A DNA stretch of 64,000 nucleotides from the human T2T-CHM13v2.0 reference genome, Homo sapiens. Location: assembly GCF_009914755.1 (NCBI RefSeq), contig NC_060939.1; one strand, given 5' to 3'. Every line of letters begins with the position of its first letter. Positions within the stretch are counted from its first letter, which is position 1. The notes beneath the pieces were generated by a model that saw nothing but the letters and a program-made list of their open reading frames with translations, did not search any database and was not told the origin of the DNA. The position numbers and the translations under genes were made by a program. Shown in pieces: positions 15,081-29,553 of this stretch.

Positions 15081-15703
15081 ACTGTTGGTGGGACTGTAAA
15101 CTAGTTCAACCATTGTGGAAGTCAGTGTGGCGATTCCTCAGGGATCTAGAACTAGAAATACCATTTGACCCAGCCATCTCATTACTGGGCATATACCCAA
15201 AGGACTATAAATCATGCTGCTATAAAGACACATGCACACGTATGTTTATTGCGGCACTATTCACAATAGCAAAGACTTGGAACCAACCCAAATGTCCAAC
15301 AATGATAGACTGGATTAAGAAAATGTGGCACATATACACCATGGAATACTATGCAGCCATAAAAAATGATGAGTTCATGTCCTTTGTAGGGACATGGATG
15401 AAATTGGAAATCATCATTCTCAGTAAACTATCGCAAGAACAAAAACCAAACACTGCATATTCTCACTCATAGGTGGGAATTGAACAATGAGAACACATGG
15501 ACACAGGAAGGGGAACATCACACTCTGGGGACTGTTGTGGGGTGGGGGGAGGGGGGAGGGATAGCTTTAGGAGATATACCTAATGCTAAATGATGAGTTA
15601 ATGGGTGCAGCGCACCAGCATGGCACATGTATACATATGTAACTAACCTGCACATTGTGCACATGTACCCTAAAACTTAAAGTATAATAAAATAAAATAA
15701 AAC
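15081..15703 (+). mobile_element. 5'-truncated LINE-1 (L1PA3-like): ORF2 C-terminus, 3'UTR and A-rich tail
   Basis: ORF 15113-15472 = ORF2p C-terminus (WRFLRDLELEIPFDPAI...TWNQPKCPTMIDWIKKMWHIYTMEYYAAIK); 3'UTR G-tract; ends cttaaagtataataa. Confidence 0.95.
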
Positions 15704-16533
15704 AAAGTTTTTAAACATGCTCTTTAACTTTTAGTTTTCCTTGATCACTATAACTCCATCTCCTCAGTGTTCATTTTTAGGGGACTAGGTAAAGGTGGAA
15801 AAACTAAGACCAGGAGAGAAGTGACTTTCCCCAGGCCACTGGGCAGTAGAGCAGGGGCAGGCCCTCTTAACTCATGCATTGCTTCCTTCCACTTTCTGAG
15901 CCACCACATTGTGAGATGCCGCCCTGTGTGGACTCGCACAGGATTTCATTCTTTCCACAAAGGATTGAGACAGACACAGCCCCTGCACTCATGCCTGAAT
16001 GTGCAATGGGATAGGTGGGCATTGGCCAAGTGACTGTAAATGAGCAATGCAAAAGAGAGTTCAGAGACTTTCTGAATTGTTCCACCACCCCAGTCTCTGG
16101 GCTTCCCAGACATATCCTGTGCACTCCTGCTGGATTACTCCTCCGAATGTTCCCAAAGCTGCCCGCTGTATTCCAAATTACTCTAGACAGGCATTCTGGC
16201 CCCTCTACGACCACACCTCCTAACCTACTTCCTTTACACACGGTGCCTGCCAGCTGGCCTGTGGCCCACTGCACTGCCCTTACTCGGGATATCCTCTCTC
16301 TGAAAAAGCCCAGCCTGGCTGTCTGATCTCCAAGAAGCTTTCCCCAACACCTCTGATGGCAAGGATCTTTCAGCACCTCCATTACATACCCCCCATACTA
16401 AATTTTAGGAATTCGTTTTGTGGAAAATACATGTAATGCGATTCAAGAAATTTACAACTCCCTTCAGGTAATGAAAAGCCCAATAGTAGACAAAATGAAA
16501 CTGGAAGACCTTGAACTAGCCATCTCTCAGCAC

Positions 16534-16845
16534 ATTTTTTTTTTTTTTTTTTTTTTTTTTGAGACAGGGTCTTCCTCCATCCCCCCGGCTGGAGTGTAGT
16601 GCTGTGATCATAGTTCACTGCAGGCTCAAACTCATGGGCTCAAGCAATCCTCCTACCTCACCCATCCAAATAAGTGGGACTACAGGCCTGCACCACAACA
16701 TTTAGCTATTTTTTAATTTTTTTGTAGAGATGGGGGGTCTCACTATGTCGCCCAGGCTGGTCTCAAGCTCCTGGCTTCAAGTGATCCTCCTGCCTCAGCC
16801 TCCCAAAGTGCTAGGATTCCAGGCATGAGCCACTTGCGCCTGGCC
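16534..16845 (-). mobile_element. Alu (AluJ-like)
   Basis: Long T tail; TSD ctctcagcacattttt on both sides. Confidence 0.93.
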
Positions 16846-17377
16846 ACTCTCAGCACATTTTTCTAAAGCCCACTCTTACCCATAGACCACTCACAACACA
16901 TCTTTTCTGAGCAACTGTCAAGTTCTGGGTATTGAATAACAGAATACAACATACAAAACAGGGTCCCCAGCCTCCGTGATCTTACATTTTGAGAAATCCC
17001 TGGAAAGGCTGCAGTCTACATCAGCTGAAAAGCATTTACTAAGCTCCATTTTTTTTTTTTAGAGTGCTGCCCTCCCCTAGGAGCTCAACCGGTGATATAT
17101 ATCATTGCATGTGATACGTCTCATAATATATCTCACAGCACCACTGTGAGACATCCTTACCTTCCCAATTCTGCATGTTTACTCTGGTTCTTCTCAGCCA
17201 GAAATGTCTTCTTCATATCCACTTTTCAGCACCCTAATCGGGTTTCCTTCTTTGTGCTCCAACCTTATGATCTCTGAATCCTTTGATCTTCTTTCCGGAC
17301 TTGTAATTTGGCACCATACAGTTTAGCTGTTCCTCCTACATGATTCAGAAGCAGTGAGGTTTGGTGGCCTTGGAGTC

Positions 17378-17765
17378 TGTGGCAGAGAAAGCTAGGATAT
17401 TTGCTCTCCTTCCATTAGGTTAGGTTGTTTCTGGGAAACAGCTATCTGGCCACTTCATTTCTCAACCCCTCTGTATCTTATTGGGGCCATGTAACTAATT
17501 ATGGACCATGAAATAAAAGTGATTTATCTCATTTTGGGGTAAGAGTTGTTGCAGTATCTAATGTGCCATCATCATTCAGTCTTCCTCTTCTTTGATGACC
17601 TGAATGCCACCTGTTGGAAATAGCAGAGCTTCAAGATGGAAAGGACTGGATTCCTGAGTCACCACTTGGAGAATCACCTCCCAGAAGAGCCCAGCCAGCC
17701 AGGAACACCTGCAGAGGATATTGGGCAACAAATACACTTGTATCAGGTCAAGCCACTGGAGGTTT
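17378..17765. mobile_element. MaLR LTR (MLT1I/J-like), followed by a MIR fragment (~17790-17970)
   Basis: ggggccatgtaactaatt.tgg.c...; agatggaaagga.ctgg.tcctgagtcaccacttggag. Confidence 0.55.
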
Positions 17766-18963
17766 TCTTGACCAAAACAAAGTTAGATAAGTTTAGGATT
17801 GAGTCCCATCTCTGCCACTTGACAGCCCTGTCATGTTGGGAAGATTACTCACCCTTCCTGAGCCTCATATTCTCCTTCAATAAGAAGAGCTCAGTGATAC
17901 CCAACCTTGCAGGATGGTCGTGAGGAGTAAATAAGATATTTCTGAACTACTTGAAACATTGTAGAAACCCAATAATTTGTATATCTTTATGTGTTTGTGA
18001 GGGTGTATGTGCATCCACATAGTGAGTGGCTTCATATGTGGTACTCTTGCTGCTGAATTGTAAATAAGTGGTTTAATGTTGTAAACCTGTATTCTTTCTA
18101 AAGCCTAGCACAGTGCAAAGCAAATGGAAGATCTCAGTTAATATTTACTAAGAAGCAAAAAAAATTGGCTTAAAATATAAGGAAAACTAATTTGCTGTGC
18201 TACCTCCTTATAATATCCCCCTGTGCAATGGGAGGAGTTTACAGCCCTCTCCCGCTGGGGCAGTGCTTCCCTTGGCTTCCCACTGATCCTGTCTTCTAAA
18301 GTGGATTTCTGTGTATACTTGCTGCTCAGTATGTGAGTAAATGGGTGTATTTATTTGGATAAAAGTGCTTTTGTGGTTTGTGACAAAGGAGTAGAAGCCA
18401 GACAGGGAAGGGAGGGGGCAGATTATTGAATACTTTGGAAATAGATGGTGAGGAAACCATGCTAGAAGGGACCTTGTTTTATATTTTTGCAAGCGAGCTG
18501 TAGACACGAGCTGTGTGATGAAATCTCTGAGTTGAAAGATATCATTAAGCATTCCTGCCCAGTATAAAATATCAAATTGACGAGGATCAACCATCTCATC
18601 AGATTGGTATGTTGAGATTTTGGTAATCATGTCAATGTGTTTTTAAAAAGAGGACACATATTTGAAGAATAAGAGCAATGAAGGAATAATGGATTATCTG
18701 AGGTCATCTTAAGCCAGCACAGTTTAGTTTATCTTTTAAAAACAAATCAGACTTGTCCTCCACTATTGAAGAAGCAGTTGAAGCTCCTTTTACGCCTGTT
18801 CATTTTGATATGCCCTTTGCATGTTAATCCCCTGACAAAAGCTCTCTAAAAAAGCAAAGTAACACCAATAAGTATTCTGATTATGCTAGATAGAGAATAA
18901 ATGCCCAACCAAGGGAAAGCAAAATGTTTTTGCTTCAAGGACCATTCAAAAAGTTTTTTTTAA

Positions 18964-19248
18964 GGTGGCTCAGGCTTGTAATCCCAGCACTTTGGGAGGC
19001 CAAGGCGGGCGGGTCTCTAGGTCAGAAGATCGAGACCATCCTGGCTAACATGGTGAAACCCCGTCTCTACTAAAAAAATACAAAAAATTAGCCGGGCGTG
19101 GTGGTGGGCACCTGTAGTCCCAGCTACTCAGGAGGCTGAGGCAGGAGAATGGCGTGAACTGGGAGGCGGAGCTTGCGGTGAGCCGAGATCTTGCCGCTGC
19201 ACTCCAGCCTGGGCAACAGAGCCAGACTCAGTCTCAAAAAAAAAAAAA
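18964..19248 (+). mobile_element. Alu (AluY/Sc-like)
   Basis: gagaccatcctggctaacatggtg; gaatggcgtgaac; A-tail. Confidence 0.93.
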
Positions 19249-19275
19249 GTATAAACTTCATTTTAAAAGAGTATA

Positions 19276-19564
19276 GACTGGGCATGGTGGCTCACACCTA
19301 TGATCCCAACACTTTGGGAGGCCGATGTGGGAGGCCAGGAGTTCAAGACCAGCCTGGCCAACACAGTGAGACTTCATCTCTACAAAAAAATAAAAAAAAT
19401 TAGCCAGGCGTAATGTTGCACACCTGTAGTCATAGCTACTCAGGAGGCTGAGGCAGGAGGATTGATTGAGACCAGAAGTTCAAGGCTGTGGTGAGCTATG
19501 ATCACACCACTGTACTCCAGCGTGGGTGACACAGCAAGACCTTGTCTCAAAAATAAAAAAAAAA
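19276..19564 (+). mobile_element. Alu (AluJ-like)
   Basis: Alu consensus with J-type right arm (gtgagctatgatcacaccactgtactccag). Confidence 0.92.
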
Positions 19565-20084
19565 GAGGATGTACGGTATACACACATACATGCATGCACA
19601 CATACACCATCAAGAAATGCAGCATCCATAATTGCAGTGAAGCATGCTAAATATTATTTCTCTTTCATAGAAAGAGTTTCATTCAGGAGGAGCTGAAATT
19701 TCAGAAACAACATATGCACAATTAGCACACATGGCAGTGTCTTCTTAAAATTCGGGGTCTTTGAACACATTTTATGTATAATAAGAACCAGTGGTATGGA
19801 GAGGAGGCAGGCTGGGGGGATTGAAATTGGATTGAATGCAAAGAGAAGTGCAAATCAATCACAGAGCAAGGACAACAGCCAAGAGCCATTCCACTAGCAT
19901 CTCACTCCTGGAAGTGTGGTCCACAGGCCACACCCAGGACCTGGGCTAAGGCAAGGTAAGTGGGGCACTCTTCCAGAACAACCTCAGCACCTATAATAAA
20001 TAATATTTTATGCAATATTTTAAAAATTCAAACTGCAAACTGTAACTGTGGTCTGGTGGCCTGTTTTTGTAAACAGAGTTCTAT

Positions 20085-20228
20085 TGGAGCAGTATGAGCA
20101 TCCCATGGGTGTTTGTTAGAAATGCAGAATCTTGGGCCCTATACCAGCCCTTCAGACTCAAAATTTGCATTTTAATAACATTCGCAACTGGTGTGTGTGC
20201 ACATTAAAGTCTGGGAAACACTGCTCCA
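20085..20228. mobile_element. MER5A-like hAT fossil
   Basis: ttgttagaaatgcagaatct...tgcattttaa...cattaaagt.tg.gaaacactg. Confidence 0.65.
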
Positions 20229-21344
20229 GCAGACTTTAAGGCAGGCTAGACTGACGTATGGTTGCTCTAGGCAGGACAGTAATTTGTTGCCCTTCAAGGT
20301 GGATACTCTTTAAACATTGATTACTTAGCATTTATTTAATAAGGACAGGAATAAATTAAAATAGATTTCTTTCTTCACATTTAACACAGAGAATTTATTG
20401 CATGCATTGGAAGAAACGTAATATTTAAACTTACTTGGAATGACTTTTTAATTTCACATCTTTCTACTGTGTATAATTGCACAGCGTTAGTCCCTCACAC
20501 ATGAAGTACACAAAAATATAATTGAACTTTCTTATTCAAAATATATTTTAAAGTTCCTTTTTCTGACTCTCATATTGGCAACAACATCCTACTTTTCTGT
20601 AGCTGATTTGTCTTCAATTTTTCTTTTGTGGTTTTCTGAATCAGAAAACTTCTAGGGAGGCATATGAAAGGTTTAAATTTGAGGTAACAGAATGCATCGC
20701 CCCTGCCATGCTTTAACTTTAGCATTTCAAGATCAGTTCACTTGAGCCTGGAGGTTGGTGAGCATGCTGGTTGGCAGCTCAGCCTGTATCCCATCACTGC
20801 ACACTTTTAGCAGAAACTGATAGCTTCTTGAAAAGAAAAAGCTTCTATTTTCACTCCAGAGGACTATTTTTTTCAAAAGAATTAATTTCTATTTTCCAGT
20901 TTTGTAAAAAGTGATATGAGACAGCTTCAGTTAACTGGGCCCTGTTTCTGATTTGTATATTTTAGGGAGTTTTTCAGTATTTTGCTGTGGACAGATTTCA
21001 CATTGGACACGCTGACTCCCTGGGAACTACCCAGTGTGGAGGCAAGAATTATAATCTTGCCCCAAGGCTAGCGTGAGAGGAGTCAGGTAGCTGGTTAATG
21101 CAGGAAACCACCTGGCAGCATCCACGCCTCACTGCTGCTTAATTCTTGTCTACTGATGACATGCCGCAAAACTCCAGTAAAAACACAGCTCACAGAGTCA
21201 GGAAATGGCATGGTTAATATTGTTAGGTGATAACACAATGTCCTGCAGACTGCGGTAACAATAGTGGAAGGGCACATACCAGAATTAAATGGTGGATTTC
21301 CCCAAGAAAACACCCTCATCTGTGTTATCTAAAGATTTAGAAAA

Positions 21345-21522
21345 GTGTTTCTTAACCATGGCTGCAAATTGCAGTCAACTGGAGAGCTTTTAAAACTGAT
21401 AATGGCTGAACCTCAAATCCAGATTCTGAATTAATTGGTCTGGGGTGCAGTCAGGACACTGGGATTCTTTTTAAAAGCATCCTAAGCGGTTCTAACATGC
21501 AACCAAGTTTGAGAACCGTTGC
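21345..21522. mobile_element. MER5-like hAT fossil
   Basis: gtgtttcttaacc.tggctgca...ctggagagctttt...aattggtctggggtg...tttgagaacc. Confidence 0.6.
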
Positions 21523-21689
21523 TGTGGATTCCTTATAGTGAAAAAGTGGAGAATATTTATTTATTTATTATTTATTTGTATGAGGGTAATTAATATAGCT
21601 GGTACAACAAGGAGTCCCCAGATATCAATGGTTTACTACGAGAAAGTTTATTTCTTGTGAGTGTGGATGATTGCATAAGTGTTTTCTCA

Positions 21690-22265
<576 letters not shown>

Positions 22266-22377
22266 CTATTCGTAGAATCAATCATACATATACATTTTAT
22301 ATGTATATTGTTTTTACATATATATGTATATATATACATACACACACACTTATATTTGAAATAAAAGGGTCCTTTAT

Positions 22378-22945
<568 letters not shown>

Positions 22946-25456
22946 CACACACTCTGTTATAATTTTTAATAAGAATTGTCTTGGAGGCAGTGAGTGTCTC
23001 CAGGTTGCCTAGCTTGGCTTTAACCCACGAAGCCCTGCTTATATTTTATGTATTGGATTTCAGAGTAAGTTTCATTTAAATATAGAAATTTAACTTTAAA
23101 AATGAACTCACCACTGAAAATCACCATTTTATGTGAAAACTACCACAGCATTACATGGGGGAGATAGGTTAGAAGGGTGTTTTAATTTCAGTGATTCATA
23201 AGGATCTAGACACGGGGCTTTACAGATGTCAGAAGGAACATAGTACAGAAGCATAGCTTGCCTCCTGGCTTCTAGGACCAAGGCACTGAAGATCATACAC
23301 CCTGCTACTTCCTTCAAGAGCCTCAAAGGCTCACATCCCCTCTGACTATAGCTGGGAGAGAACTGCTCTGCTACCCCTTATTTGAAAGTACCTCTGCGTT
23401 AGGAACTTGGCTTCATTCATCTTTGTCTCTACTGCTTCATGCAGATGGCTCAAGGCAAGTGCTCAGAAAATATTTTTTTCAGAAAAACGAAGGGAGGGAG
23501 ATGAAGAGGAAGAGATAGAAGAAATAGGTTGCTCTTCTGCAGAGATTTTTCCTATTTTCCTTCTCCTAATCTCAGTCATTGATCCTTTCAACACATATTA
23601 AGTGCCTGCTATGTGCCAGGCACTGAGCTGGGTGATAAAGCTACGAGAACAAAGCAGGCCTAGTCCTTGTCATCAGAGGCCTCGTATGGCAGCAGCGGGT
23701 TACAGGGGCCATGAAGAGATTTACCCCATGAGGGGCGAGGGAGGGGAGCAAGCAGAGAAGCAAGAGGACTGACAACGGTATGGCCCACTCTCTCCTTGGC
23801 CTTCTCTTGGTTTCTAGAAGAGCAGAGAGAAGCCTAGATCTTGAATCACAATATAATTTGTAGCTTACAGATTCCTATTTTACTTTCTTGTGTTACATTT
23901 TATTCATTCTTCTGGCAAGCACAGTGAACTGGGTATGCACTGTGTTGTCAGAAGATCTGGAGTTTTTATTCTCAGTTCCAACTCTTTAGGGTGAGAGACC
24001 TTTGGCAAGAGACCCCAACTTGTGCATGATTAGGATGATAAAAATCTAGGATTGAGGTGAGGATTGAGGATCAGAGGTCACAGTTCACAAGTGCTTGTTA
24101 AAACTGTGAAGTTCTACAGAAGTATTAGACTTTTATATATAGTGGGTAATAATGGTCCAGCAAGGACATAGGGAAGGTGTTACTATTATCCACAATAATA
24201 AGGCTCAGAGACATCAAGGAGTTGCCCTGGGTGGAATAACTAGAAAGGGATGGAACTAAGATTTGAGCACAGCTTTCTGACCCCAGATGTCCTGCAGTAT
24301 CAGGACTCTCAGGCAGGCACTCCTCAGGAGCAAAATGAGCTCTCAGTGAACTTTCTTTGCAGCTCACGGAAAGGTCAAAGCTCTGTAAATGAAGAATCAC
24401 TGACGCTAGGAAAAAAAAAAATCAAGGCTGAAAGCATCAGCCTTTAAGGATGGTGCACCTGGCTTCCGTGTCCTCTCCCGGTAGGGGTGAGGCCTGTGGG
24501 GGTGAACATGTGGGCATGAGATCGGGAGCCATTTTCTCCTGGGGAGCTGGTTAAACAGCACACTGACTCCCCAGCTGGAGGCACCACACCTCCTGTGAAT
24601 GACCCACCAGAGAGCCCACGGAAGCCAAGCCACAAAGGCGCAGGAAGCAGCAGGCCTCAGGGAGGAGCTTGCCACCCCGCCTGATCATGGGACTGCCCAA
24701 AGAGGGATAATCTCCATACAGCTGAAGACAGAAAGGCTAAACAGCACATCGTGCTGATTTCATGTAGTTACAAAAATACACAGACACAAACCCAATCTAG
24801 TCTGTTGAGCCTTGGAAATTCTGATATATTCAGGTCTCATTAATCTTTTCTGACAGGTCTGGCCTCCATAGCAGAGCTGGTGGGGCCACGCAGAGCAGAG
24901 TTCACCACGTAGACACAACTACAAAGGCCTGTGACCTCTGTCACTGTCTAGTAGGACTGATGGGATGTGTGATTATCATCAGGATGTTTTCAAATGTCTC
25001 CATTTCCAGGAGAAGAAAAAGGTTGATCATGTAGGTTTGATTTAATTCTCCCCAAGAGAGTATTTCAGGGTAAAAAGGAAACAGATCTCTTCTTATTTCT
25101 GCAACTCCCAGCACAGCTGCAAAGAATACATCAGGTGGGATATGAAAGTTAGGAAATGCTCAATGGAGCAGCTGCTTTTTGCTTAAAATCTCCACCTCTG
25201 TGTTGCTTAGATTTGAACCCAAGCTATGGATTCCAGAAGTACTTGGAAGGCTTGATGCCTTCTAGCTGACACCATAACCAACCCACAGGGGGCACAGGGG
25301 AGCACAGAGAGGATAATTTTGCCTTCATTTATGAAATGGGGATGGTCACAAAGATCAAAAATCACAATGAAGAGATAGCAGAGGGTGGAGCTAGCCAGAA
25401 ATCGCATCCACTTACCTGCTATAACTTGGTTCAGTCCTTCTACCATCCAACAGTAA

Positions 25457-25800
<344 letters not shown>

Positions 25801-26501
25801 ATAATTCAGGTTTGAATCAAGGATTCAAAGCAACCTATGTCCTAAAACAAGGTTTATGACTTTGTTTGAAAAAAAGAAACCATTTTAGATTTATTAGCAG
25901 TTAGCTGAAACAACAGATTTTGTGATTTTTGTCAGGTCTTGCCAAATGCATGTCAAATGTACAAGACCCTCATGTTTATGCAGATATTTGTGAGAATGTC
26001 TTTAACTGAGATCCAATCCTGTGAATAAAACCAGTCATGAATATACATGGAAATTTGCAAAGTCAAGTGTACAGCCCTCTTCTATCTCTCCAACCCTAAC
26101 ACTCAGAATAATATAGATCATCCTTTCCTAACTCATACGTAATGTCAGGCTCATACTGGGTTTCAAAAAAAGCATAATGAAGTAAATTGTTTTTTTTTTT
26201 CTTCTCTCTTTTTTACAAAGTGTTATTTTAAATTGGCAAGGGGTAAATATCTGTCTTCAGCTATAAATGTGAAACTAATATTTCTGCCAGTAATGATCTT
26301 CTAACTTTAAAAACAATGTCCTTAAATCATTTAATAATTACATTCCTAATAATTACATTTCTAATACAGTTCTCTAAGAACTACAGTTAAAACCAGAATA
26401 AAATATATTCTGTGGACCAAGTTGATGGTAATTTTAAAATCCCTAACATTTATGGGTATATAACTTTTAAGGATACTAATGCAGCATCAACCCAATTGTC
26501 C

Positions 26502-26507
26502 TTTATT
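26502..26507 (-). terminator. Distal polyadenylation signal AATAAA
   Basis: tttatt on the plus strand; distance from the stop matches the recalled long FBN1 UTR. Confidence 0.8.
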
Positions 26508-27349
26508 TTGGCTCATCTAATTTACAGACATGATTTCTGAAGTTTAACAGTATTTGTAATGGCAATATCCAAAGTGATTTTGGCTGAGTAAACTGCTATT
26601 TGTTGAACAAAAATGTAGTTGTTTGTGCAAGTTTAAACATTTCACAAGGCCAGCTGAGTTCATTTCAACCCTACTTACAAAATAATTATTGGCAAATGAA
26701 ATGGGCTGAGGGGGTAGAGACAAGATATTTTCAAGCTTCTGAGAGATTTACAAAGCCAAGTTCTTCAACTATTGAAAGTGAAATTGAAAGGTCACAGACA
26801 ATTGAAAGGTACAGGTTTAAATCTCAGGATTAAAAAGAGTTCCAACAAGAGGAATATTTACAATGGAACAATGAGGAAAATGTTTTGTTACAGTCAGAAA
26901 CATGGAAAATATGCTGTTCAAAATTGTTGGCTCAGGAATAAATAAAATCCAGACTTGGACTATTAAAAATATCAAAGTGATCCACTGTGTGCCAACTCCA
27001 TTTTCTCCTGTTGTTTGTTATAAAGAAAATCCGTTATTGAATATAATGCAGTTCTGGTTAAATTATCAAAGACATTTTCCATATGCAAACTGTTGTTTAC
27101 CATATGCTATATATTCTTCGATAACAATTTTAATACACCTCTATCACATGGTTCCATAGGTGCAGCGTTAGAAGGAAATTTTGAGTTATATTTTAATCTC
27201 TTACCCAAGGTACAAACCCCCTTTGTAACAGCCATTCAGCTCATTCTGTTGAGCACCTATTATAAACAAAATTAGAGATACAAAAATACCTTTAAGATGT
27301 TAATGGCCTGTTAGGTGGAAGAAAGCATCTTTGTCCAATGGTTGCCATT

Positions 27350-27600
27350 AAGCCTAGACTGAAACTCTTCTATCTTGTGACAGGGAGCTCACCACAATGC
27401 AAGGAAACCCATTCTTTCAGTGAGTAGCTCTATAATTGGGACCGTGTGTATTAAACTGGGGCTGACATCAGCTGACCCTGGTTTTGCCTTCCGGAATAGT
27501 ATGAGCCAAATCTACTCCATTTTTTTCAGCTGAGCTCTTCAAAGATTTTTGAGAGCACTTTCCTGTGTCCTACCTAGTTTCTCCGCCCCCCACCTTCATG
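27350..27600 (-). mobile_element. Ancient CR1/L3 LINE fragment within the distal FBN1 3'UTR
   Basis: Plus strand gacagggagctcaccac..caagg.aa.ccattc...agctcta.aattg resembles the reverse of the L3 3' end. Confidence 0.45.
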
Positions 27601-28271
27601 CCATCTTATTTCCTCTTATTTTCACTACCACGAAATGCTTTCCTGCCCTTAGGGATTTAAAAAATTATTTCATATCGACGGATTGAGCCTAACAGCTAAA
27701 TACTCAATATTGCACTTAAAATAAAACAGACTTTAAAAATTATGACATTAAGAAACCAAAAGTTACAGCAATTGGATACAGTCTGGGATTATCCCTTTGT
27801 AATTAGATGAGCATTGACTAACGAAAGATGTTTAGGGGAAAAAAAAATGGAACAGAACACCTAAGGCTTGCCAAAACTGTGTATATTTGAGAGGGGGGCA
27901 TGATAAATCTATTATAATGAAATTCATGTGCTCTAAGACAATGACTGAACTTGGTATTTAAGACTATTTAAAAGTCACAAGATGAATTAGGTCATGTTTC
28001 AGAAATGACTCTACAATCTAAATTTCTCACAAGCAAGTCAGGTTAATGACACCAGACTCTGCTACTTTCAATGGATAAAACAAGGGATCGACTCATATGT
28101 TAAATTTTCTTCTAGTGGTTATACATTTGGTACTTTCATAAGCCATAAGTAAGAGACCCAGGATAATTTAAATCCAGGAGACTTTATTTAGCCTCCGGAA
28201 TGGCCCCTCCAACCCCAAATCCATGCAAGAACACAAAGCCAAGGGGTAAACTAAAAAAAAGAAGAGATTGT

Positions 28272-28277
28272 TTTATT
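28272..28277 (-). terminator. Proximal polyadenylation signal AATAAA (UTR ~0.9 kb)
   Basis: AATAAA followed by a U-rich run and a GU-rich element (ttggctttgtgttctt) on the minus strand; a second AATAAA lies at 28183-28188. Confidence 0.7.
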
Positions 28278-28486
28278 GTGACATTTATGACATTGACCCC
28301 TTGTTGACAGGAATGACCGAGGGTAATCTTGGCATATTGCACATGCTGTGATGAAGGATGCACTGGTGATCCTCTGGCCACTGAGGCTGTTTCCTGGTCC
28401 TCCCAGACCTCTATGCACGTGTGGGCCAGTCACAGAAATTTCATTACCACTTGGTGTATACATTTAACAAGTCTTTGGTCTTAATA

Positions 28487-28493
28487 AGCACCA
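28487..28493 (-). promoter_or_regulatory. miR-29 7mer-m8 seed site (TGGTGCT)
   Basis: agcacca(tt) on the plus strand. Confidence 0.75.
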
Positions 28494-28740
28494 TTACAAA
28501 CCCTCACATTAAGGGCATTATTATTCTAGTTTATAAATGTTTCAATGATAAAAAATAGCACGATTACAGTATACACACACTTAATTTACATGTAATGTAT
28601 TATACTCATAACTGAGATAAGCTACTGAACTAACTTTGGTTGATTGAAATTAATGAAGTATTGGAACTGAATACTTGTAATTTGGTTTCTAAGTTGTGTA
28701 CATATTACAGTGCATTTATAAATCTAGTTTGAAAATTTAC

Positions 28741-28748
28741 TAGCACCA
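28741..28748 (-). promoter_or_regulatory. miR-29 8mer seed site (TGGTGCTA)
   Basis: tagcacca on the plus strand; FBN1 is an established miR-29 target. Confidence 0.8.
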
Positions 28749-29163
28749 AATAGGTACCATAAATGGACAACCTAGTACTTGTATTTGGAGAAGCAAAGTT
28801 TACAAATTTGCAAAAAATAGAGTAGTCCATCAATTGAAAGCACATTCCCATACGTTTGCTGGAAGGATGGCATGTCAGCATAAATGGCCAACCCCCAATG
28901 GAAATACACGTCCCAGTTTTCAAGAATCAACACATATGACAAGGTAGCTTAGCTACACACATGAGAAGCCTGAGAAAGTGGTTGTTTTGAACTAGGGTAG
29001 TCACCTGTACCTTGCTTTGGTAATACAAAGAATAGTGCTTATTTATACAAATTTACTTGGTGAAAGATTGTACCTATGATATGATGATTCTGATTGGGGG
29101 AAAATATAGTTCTACCTATCTATATTTGTTTTTCTTTTAATTATTTGGTCTCTGGATGGTGAA

Positions 29164-29553
29164 TTAATGAAGCAAAACCTGGATTTTCATCTTCAGATTA
29201 TCACCCAGTTCACCACTGAGGTAGTCTTTGTCATATTTGTCTTCTAGTTGGTTAAGTTCTTTCTTTTTATAAAGTGGAGTACTACTGATTTGTAATGAAT
29301 AGGTTCCAGCCACTGGCTTCTTCTTTGTGAAGTGGAGGTAGCTGATCCCTTCCTTTTGGTTGATTTTAAAGAAGCCATCTTCATTTCCAGATTCGATCAA
29401 GTATCTGTTGTGATTCGTCAGAGTTGTAAGAGCTGGAAGGAGTTCTAGGATTCGAACCTTGTTACTGACGTGGGAAATATTGAAAGCAAAGATGGCTGTC
29501 TTCTCAACATCCCAACTTGCAAGACTCACATTGGCTTCTGTCTCAGACTGATC
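29164..29553 (-). CDS. FBN1: Fibrillin-1 exon 66 coding part (390 nt including TAA), remaining 129 aa of the C-terminal propeptide/asprosin
   Basis: ttccag|GAT CAG TCT ... CTT CAT TAA; DQSETEANVSLASWDVEK...KMKIQVLLH*. Confidence 0.98.
   Translation of the reverse strand, partial: DQSETEANVSLASWDVEKTAIFAFNISHVSNKVRILELLPALTTLTNHNRYLIESGNEDGFFKINQKEGISYLHFTKKKPVAGTYSLQISSTPLYKKKELNQLEDKYDKDYLSGELGDNLKMKIQVLLH

Larger units (their letters stand above)
26487..29163 (-). other. FBN1: FBN1 3'UTR, long form (~2.7 kb)
   Basis: Runs from the TAA stop to ~15-20 nt past the distal AATAAA; exact cleavage site inferred. Confidence 0.85.

Noticed and set aside
15113-15472. 119-aa ORF with a real protein signature
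   Set aside because: It is the LINE-1 ORF2p C-terminus in a truncated, promoterless insertion, not a host gene.
24604-24618. CTCF-like CCACCAGAGAGCCC (also weak matches near 13755-13800)
   Set aside because: Mismatches in the core; cannot be supported without ChIP data.
28757-28766. Perfect CArG box CCATAAATGG in the 3'UTR
   Set aside because: A few are expected by chance in 64 kb; no supporting context.
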